Notes under the pieces: model-generated | What the model was told of the DNA's origin: nothing | The model's database searches: none | The model's input: the letters and a program-made list of their open reading frames with translations, nothing else | Virus record (IMG/VR): IMGVR_UViG_3300034019_000699 | Source of the DNA: an uncultured virus (IMG/VR IMGVR_UViG_3300034019_000699) | Lineage: Duplodnaviria; Heunggongvirae; Uroviricota; Caudoviricetes | Direction: 5' to 3' (one strand) | Length of the DNA stretch: 20,000 bases | Part shown: in pieces, positions 15,667 through 20,000 of the stretch | Layout: each line of letters begins with the position of its first letter | How positions within the stretch are numbered: position 1 is the first letter of the stretch | Made by a program: the position numbers and the translations under genes

Positions 15667-16797
15667 ATGTCAGAAGAAATAATCAAAAACCAGCCAGGCG
15701 AAGGTGGAGAACTAGGTGGAACAGCACCAGGACTTTATCAGGGCCAAGGTGCTTTCGCATCAGGTGGTATTGGTGGAGTATCAAATCCAGGAGCAAACAC
15801 TCTCGGAAACATTCCAACAGCAACACTTGGATCAACAAGCGGAGCAAATGCTGTTAACCCTAGTGGTTCAGCGGCTTCTGGAATTTTGCGCCCCGAGCAG
15901 GCACGTCGTTTTATCGACTATGTTTGGGACGCTACAGTATTAGCAAAGGATGGCCGTCGTGTAACAATGAAGGCTAATTCAATGGAACTTGAGAAGGTAA
16001 ACGTCGGTGAGCGTGTAATTCGTGCAGCAGCGCAAGCAATTGGTACATACACAAACACAGGCGCAACATTCTCTAAGGTCGAACTTACTACCAAGAAGAT
16101 TCGTCTTGATTGGGAAGTAACAGCAGAATCATTGGAAGATGGTGTAGAAGGTGACGCTCTAGAAGATCACTTAGTACGCTTGATGACCAACGCATTCGCA
16201 AATGATATCGAAGATCTCGCTATCAATGGTGATGGTTCAACAGGAGCATTCTTGTCAATCATGCCAGGCTTTATTAAGAAGACCAAAGATGGTGGAGCAC
16301 ATGAGTCAGTAGTGACCGTAGCAGATAATGCTTGGACACCTGATGTAATGCAGGGCATCATCAATGCAATGCCACGTAAGTACCGTGCACTTAAGAACAA
16401 TCTTAAGTTCTACGCAGGTACAGACGTATTCGGTGGAATCGTTAAGAATAACGGTACACTTGCTGATGCAGTTGCTGAAGCGTTTGCTGGACAAATTCCA
16501 GGAAGCACACAAGCAAATCGTCAGAACTACCTTGATGGTATCGGACAGACATTCGGTGGAGCACGTACAACTCGTGTTCTCGGAATCGAAGTTCAGGAAG
16601 TTCCTTACTACCCAGCAGGATATGTCGACTTGACATTCCCAGCAAACCGTGTATGGGGATTCCAAAGAGACATCACTGTAAACCGTGAATACGTAGCAAA
16701 GAAGGACACGATTGAATACACAGTATTCGTTCGCTTCGGACTCCAGTTGGAAGAAGAAGACGCCATTTCTTACGCAGATGCTGCTTCAGACTCATAG
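15667..16797 (+). CDS. Major capsid protein (HK97 fold)
   Basis: SD AGGAGGTGA at 15654-15662 supports ATG 15667 rather than 15640. GILRPEQARRFID, VELTTKKIRLDWEVTAESLED, FANDIEDLAINGDG, RVLGIEV, YTVFVRFG. Follows the protease/scaffold and precedes a terminator. Confidence 0.93.
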   Translation: MSEEIIKNQPGEGGELGGTAPGLYQGQGAFASGGIGGVSNPGANTLGNIPTATLGSTSGANAVNPSGSAASGILRPEQARRFIDYVWDATVLAKDGRRVTMKANSMELEKVNVGERVIRAAAQAIGTYTNTGATFSKVELTTKKIRLDWEVTAESLEDGVEGDALEDHLVRLMTNAFANDIEDLAINGDGSTGAFLSIMPGFIKKTKDGGAHESVVTVADNAWTPDVMQGIINAMPRKYRALKNNLKFYAGTDVFGGIVKNNGTLADAVAEAFAGQIPGSTQANRQNYLDGIGQTFGGARTTRVLGIEVQEVPYYPAGYVDLTFPANRVWGFQRDITVNREYVAKKDTIEYTVFVRFGLQLEEEDAISYADAASDS

Positions 16798-16819
16798 TCT
16801 GTAACCAGTAACCTTTAAT

Positions 16820-16859
16820 GGGGGGCGGGAGTTCACTCTCCTGTCCCCCTTAATACTTT
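16820..16859 (+). terminator. Intrinsic terminator hairpin after the capsid gene
   Basis: GGGGGGCGGGAG (16820-16831) pairs with CTCCTGTCCCCC (16838-16849) to form a 12-bp stem with 2 G-U pairs and a 6-nt loop, followed by TTAATACTTT. Confidence 0.8.
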
Positions 16860-16861
16860 AG

Positions 16862-16883
16862 TGATATAATACAAACAAGGAGG
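16862..16883 (+). promoter_or_regulatory. Extended -10 promoter TGATATAAT plus SD AAGGAGG
   Basis: TGaTATAAT at 16862-16870 immediately after the terminator. AAGGAGG at 16877-16883, ATG at 16889. Confidence 0.75.
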
Positions 16884-16888
16884 ATACA

Positions 16889-17320
16889 ATGGAAAATAAT
16901 GATAAAGAAATGCGATCAATACATGAATTTGTAGAAGAGCCAGCACAAGCACCAGAGCCAGTACAAGCACCAGAACCAGTACAAGCACCAGAACCAGTAC
17001 AGGAGCCAGTACAAGCACCAGTAGTTGAGGCACCAGTTGTCGAAGAACCAGCAGTGGAAGAGCCAGTCCAGGCACTAGGATTTACTAAAACAGGAGCAAT
17101 TGGTTCAATGGCAGCAGACGGCCCTAAGAAAACTGTTAAGGTAGATGGTCTTGGAGACAAGGTCGCTATTCACTCAACAAAAAGCGTTTATTGGTCAGAA
17201 GTCGGGTCTGTAACTAAAGGTTACAATATTGTAACAAAACAACAGGCAGACAAGTGGTTAACTCGCAAACATGTTAGAATTGCAGAACCAGAAGAAGTCA
17301 AGAAGGCTTTTGGTTTGTAA
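16889..17320 (+). CDS. Hypothetical protein with Pro/Glu/Val-rich tandem-repeat N-terminus (possible virion accessory protein)
   Basis: 143 aa. (PVQAPE)n low-complexity region followed by a compact C-terminal domain (KVAIHSTKSVYWSEVG...GYNIVTKQQADKWL). Has its own promoter and strong SD. Confidence 0.85.
   Translation: MENNDKEMRSIHEFVEEPAQAPEPVQAPEPVQAPEPVQEPVQAPVVEAPVVEEPAVEEPVQALGFTKTGAIGSMAADGPKKTVKVDGLGDKVAIHSTKSVYWSEVGSVTKGYNIVTKQQADKWLTRKHVRIAEPEEVKKAFGL
16940..17023 (+). repeat. Coding tandem repeat, 18-bp unit CCAGTACAAGCACCAGAA
   Basis: Units at 16940, 16958 and 16976, a 12-bp truncated unit at 16994, and another unit at 17006. Degenerate continuation to about 17073. Confidence 0.9.
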
Positions 17321-17322
17321 AA

Positions 17323-18204
17323 ATGGAAATATTGAGGGTTCCGCCATACGCTAATATACCAGTTACTTATACAGTTCCTACATCTGTAGTGGACGAAGAT
17401 GTAACTGTTACTGTTACCGATTTGGCGGACCTTTCAATTTCTACATTAGAATTTGATGAACTTTCAACGGGAGACACAGTAACAATAAACCTTCCTGGAA
17501 GATATGACTCTGACTATAGAGTAGAAGTTATTATTGACGGAGATATTGTTTCTGATACTACATACGAAATAGTCAGGCCGTACGTAAACCCAACTACAAA
17601 GGGAGATACAGCCTCAGACATTTCTGCCTATGCAGATAATGAAGAATTAGCAAGAGCAATTATTGATTCAATAGTTGGAGAAGGATTTTATTATAAGAAA
17701 AAGGTTTTAAATTTTACAGGAACTGGATCAGACTATTTGCCTATCTGGGATGATGTAAAAAAAGTTTTAACGGTATATGAAAATAACAAATTGGTTACAG
17801 ACAGAGAATATGAAGTAACATCTGACAAGACAGCAATTGTTGAGAAATCAACGGACAATATTAATCGTGCAGAGTCAGCCCCACTAGTATTACCTGCAGC
17901 GTCTTCTGATTCATTAGATCCACAGTTTATTTATAGAGGATTTGGAAAAACTTGGGACTACAGAATAACCGTCGAATACGGACACACATCTGTTCCATCA
18001 GATATTGTTAAGGCAACAGAGATGCTTGTTCACGATATAGAATGCGGGAAGTTAGATTATTACAAGAGATTTATTTCTTCATACAACACAGATCAATATA
18101 GAATTCAATTTGATAAAGGTTTATTCGAAGGAACAGGAAATATACTTGTAGACAAGATACTCTCGAAGTATACTAAGTCTATTACAAAACTTGGGGTGTT
18201 GTAA
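17323..18204 (+). CDS. Head-tail adaptor/connector (HK97 gp6/SPP1 gp15-like) with N-terminal beta-rich extension
   Basis: ARAIIDSIVG, RITVEYGHTSVPSDIVKATEMLV and VDKILSKY fit the adaptor pattern. Located shortly after the capsid gene. Confidence 0.7.
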   Translation: MEILRVPPYANIPVTYTVPTSVVDEDVTVTVTDLADLSISTLEFDELSTGDTVTINLPGRYDSDYRVEVIIDGDIVSDTTYEIVRPYVNPTTKGDTASDISAYADNEELARAIIDSIVGEGFYYKKKVLNFTGTGSDYLPIWDDVKKVLTVYENNKLVTDREYEVTSDKTAIVEKSTDNINRAESAPLVLPAASSDSLDPQFIYRGFGKTWDYRITVEYGHTSVPSDIVKATEMLVHDIECGKLDYYKRFISSYNTDQYRIQFDKGLFEGTGNILVDKILSKYTKSITKLGVL

Positions 18205-18653
18205 TGACTGTTTGTGAAACTCCAGACTTTATGTTTCCAATGCAAGCCTCTCTATATCATCCAATTGTTGAGCAAGGCGACTTTGGAGCAATTAAAAAAC
18301 AATGGGTTTTAGATAGAACCTTTGCTTGCAGTTTTTCATCAGGAGGCTCAGCATTTAAAGAAGAAGTAAAGCCAAATGTAAACATTACTCAGAATAGCAT
18401 TTTAGTTGGAAGGACAAAGTCAGACATTAGAATATCTTCCAGAGACAACAAGAATTCTTTAACTAATATACTCATAACAGATGTAAAAGATCAAGAAGGA
18501 AACCTAGTTTATCTAGAAACCTCTGGTCCAAGATCTGGTAAGGGAACGCTATTTGAGATAGCCACCTACGAGCCTTTTGTAGGACCATTTGGAGTAGTAG
18601 AATCTTATAAGTTGATTATCAGAAGATCAGAAAATCAAACAGGTGACGTATGA
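18204..18653 (+). CDS. Putative head-closure protein (SPP1 gp16-like)
   Basis: 149 aa, TAATG overlap. QGDFGAIKKQW and final YKLIIRR strand, plus synteny after the adaptor. Confidence 0.55.
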   Translation: MTVCETPDFMFPMQASLYHPIVEQGDFGAIKKQWVLDRTFACSFSSGGSAFKEEVKPNVNITQNSILVGRTKSDIRISSRDNKNSLTNILITDVKDQEGNLVYLETSGPRSGKGTLFEIATYEPFVGPFGVVESYKLIIRRSENQTGDV

Positions 18654-19324
18654 GAACAGTATTTAATTCTATGCAATTTAAAAAAGATATGAACAATATT
18701 GTTGATTACTCTGTTGGATTTTTAGAGGGTATTCATAGAGGAAAAACTGTATTTTTAAAAACACTAGGACTAGAAACAGTAGAACTTATGAAAGAGTTTA
18801 TAGACTCAAACGCAAGGGTAAACCCAGAAATGCTGCACCATATTTACGAATGGCATCAAACAGGAAGCCCCAGTGCAAGACTATACGACATATCATATAC
18901 CACCAGCCAATTGGGACTATCTTTTAAATCATCTTTTAGTCAGTCTACATCAATTAAGAATGGATCAAGAACTCCGTTTTATGACAAGGCAAGAATTATG
19001 GAAGAAGGAATTCCAGTTACAATTAGGCCAAGGCTTGCTCAGGCTTTAGCGTTTGAAGATAATGGAGAAATGGTGTTTACAAAAAATGAAGTTAGAGTTG
19101 ACAATCCTGGAGGAACTGCAGTAGAAGGTGGTTTTGAAAAAGTGTTTGATATGTTCTTTAATAGATATTTTTCTCAAGCATTCTTAAGGGTTAGTGGAGT
19201 TGCCAAGTATCTTGAAAATCCAATAGTGTACAAAAAAGATATGGCAGCAGGAAAGAGAATGGGTAGATCAAAAGGAATTTCAACAGGCTATCGCTGGATT
19301 GCTAACGCAGGAGTGGGTGCATAA
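18650..19324 (+). CDS. Putative neck/tail-completion protein (HK97 gp10-like position)
   Basis: 224 aa, ATGA overlap. FYDKARIMEEG...IRPRLAQALAF...VDNPGG resembles the YAxxxExG...IxPxxxxxLxF...VxHPG pattern of neck proteins. Synteny agrees. Confidence 0.55.
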   Translation: MRTVFNSMQFKKDMNNIVDYSVGFLEGIHRGKTVFLKTLGLETVELMKEFIDSNARVNPEMLHHIYEWHQTGSPSARLYDISYTTSQLGLSFKSSFSQSTSIKNGSRTPFYDKARIMEEGIPVTIRPRLAQALAFEDNGEMVFTKNEVRVDNPGGTAVEGGFEKVFDMFFNRYFSQAFLRVSGVAKYLENPIVYKKDMAAGKRMGRSKGISTGYRWIANAGVGA

Positions 19325-19926
19325 TGTCAGTAGTCATCGATCATCCACCATCATTTATCAACGCATTTTTACAGCAAAAACTTGGTCCAGACTTTGGCGC
19401 TATCCCAATGTTTCCAACAGTACCAACAGACATGGCTTCATTGGCACAAGAGTTTTCTATTAACAATCTAACAGAAGGAACTCCTGGTATATTTGTATTC
19501 AATGGTAATGCTGCAATATATGACAGAATGTTTAAAATGAGAAGATTACCATTTCCTCACATTAAGTGTGAACAACTACTTTATTACTTTAATGCACTAG
19601 AAGAAAATGCTGTCCCAAACTTAATCAGAATAACTCAAAGAATCCAGGACCTTCTTGATAATGGAGATGAATCAGCAGAGGACTTAAATGCTTGGATTCT
19701 GTCTACTCTAGAGGTTGAAATAGAAACTGAAACCCTTAGACCAGTTGCGACCATTCCTGGACACGGAACATTCTATGTGCCTTACTTTCATAACTTTAAG
19801 ATATATCAGTTGGAAGAAACCAGGGACATTATAGACTTTGGTACAGCCCGTACTTATGCGGGGAATAAAATGATCATCGATTACGACTGGCATGCTGTAT
19901 ACCCAGACCTAAACAACCCATCATAA
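19324..19926 (+). CDS. Putative tail terminator/completion protein
   Basis: 200 aa, TAATG overlap, fourth gene of the neck block. Function assigned by synteny only. Confidence 0.45.
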   Translation: MSVVIDHPPSFINAFLQQKLGPDFGAIPMFPTVPTDMASLAQEFSINNLTEGTPGIFVFNGNAAIYDRMFKMRRLPFPHIKCEQLLYYFNALEENAVPNLIRITQRIQDLLDNGDESAEDLNAWILSTLEVEIETETLRPVATIPGHGTFYVPYFHNFKIYQLEETRDIIDFGTARTYAGNKMIIDYDWHAVYPDLNNPS

Positions 19927-19934
19927 AAAGGCAG

Positions 19935-19985
19935 TATAATTAGGATGAGGAAACAAGCCCTTTTTTAATAAAATGAAAGAGGTGA
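19935..19985 (+). promoter_or_regulatory. -10 TATAAT and SD for the next gene
   Basis: TATAAT at 19935-19940. AAAGAGGTGA at 19976-19985, ATG at 19992. Confidence 0.6.
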
Positions 19986-19991
19986 GAAAAT

Positions 19992-20000
19992 ATGGCATAC
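19992..20000 (+). CDS. Start of next gene (MAY...), probably major tail protein
   Basis: ATG GCA TAC behind a strong SD. Identity inferred only from position after the neck block. Confidence 0.4.

Noticed and set aside
16940..17073. Possible CRISPR-like array
   Set aside because: Units are directly abutting, in frame and lack unique spacers, so this is a coding minisatellite.
16858..17160. Minus-strand ORFs with (GACTGS)n or (LV)n repeats
   Set aside because: Alternative-frame readings of the 18-bp repeat. The + strand gene has the promoter and SD.
1412..19893. Other short ORFs of 60-120 aa on the minus strand or in alternative + frames
   Set aside because: All lie within or across well-supported + strand genes and have no recognisable motifs or initiation signals.
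1..20000. tRNA/rRNA genes, introns, inteins, integrase or transposase, alternative genetic code
   Set aside because: Intergenic gaps are too short or lack such structures. ORFs are uninterrupted under the standard code and TAA, TAG and TGA all act as stops.

Overview
AT-rich, gene-dense segment of a tailed dsDNA phage (Caudoviricetes) with all credible genes on the + strand. Positions 1-6360 hold an accessory array of seven diverged 2OG-Fe(II) oxygenases of the prolyl-4-hydroxylase-like type (the first truncated by the window edge), interleaved with two DUF6065-like proteins and one hypothetical protein. A monomeric class II (B12-dependent) ribonucleotide reductase follows at 6478-8511. Positions 8537-20000 hold the morphogenesis module: a 1238-aa LamG/ConA-like protein, a small hypothetical, portal, prohead protease with a nested in-frame scaffold, HK97-fold major capsid protein, a Pro-rich repeat protein, four neck/head-tail joining genes and the first codons of a probable major tail gene. 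Recurrent extended -10 promoters (TGnTAnAnT), several 6-9 nt upstream of a start codon, suggest leaderless mRNAs and, by inference, an actinobacterial host. The strongest candidate for an undescribed system is the oxygenase/DUF6065-like array. Other notable signals are the nested scaffold, a CxxCxxCxxC peptide in frame behind the portal stop codon, and a Pro-rich possible hydroxylase substrate next to the capsid gene. Family assignments come from motif recognition; no database searches were run.
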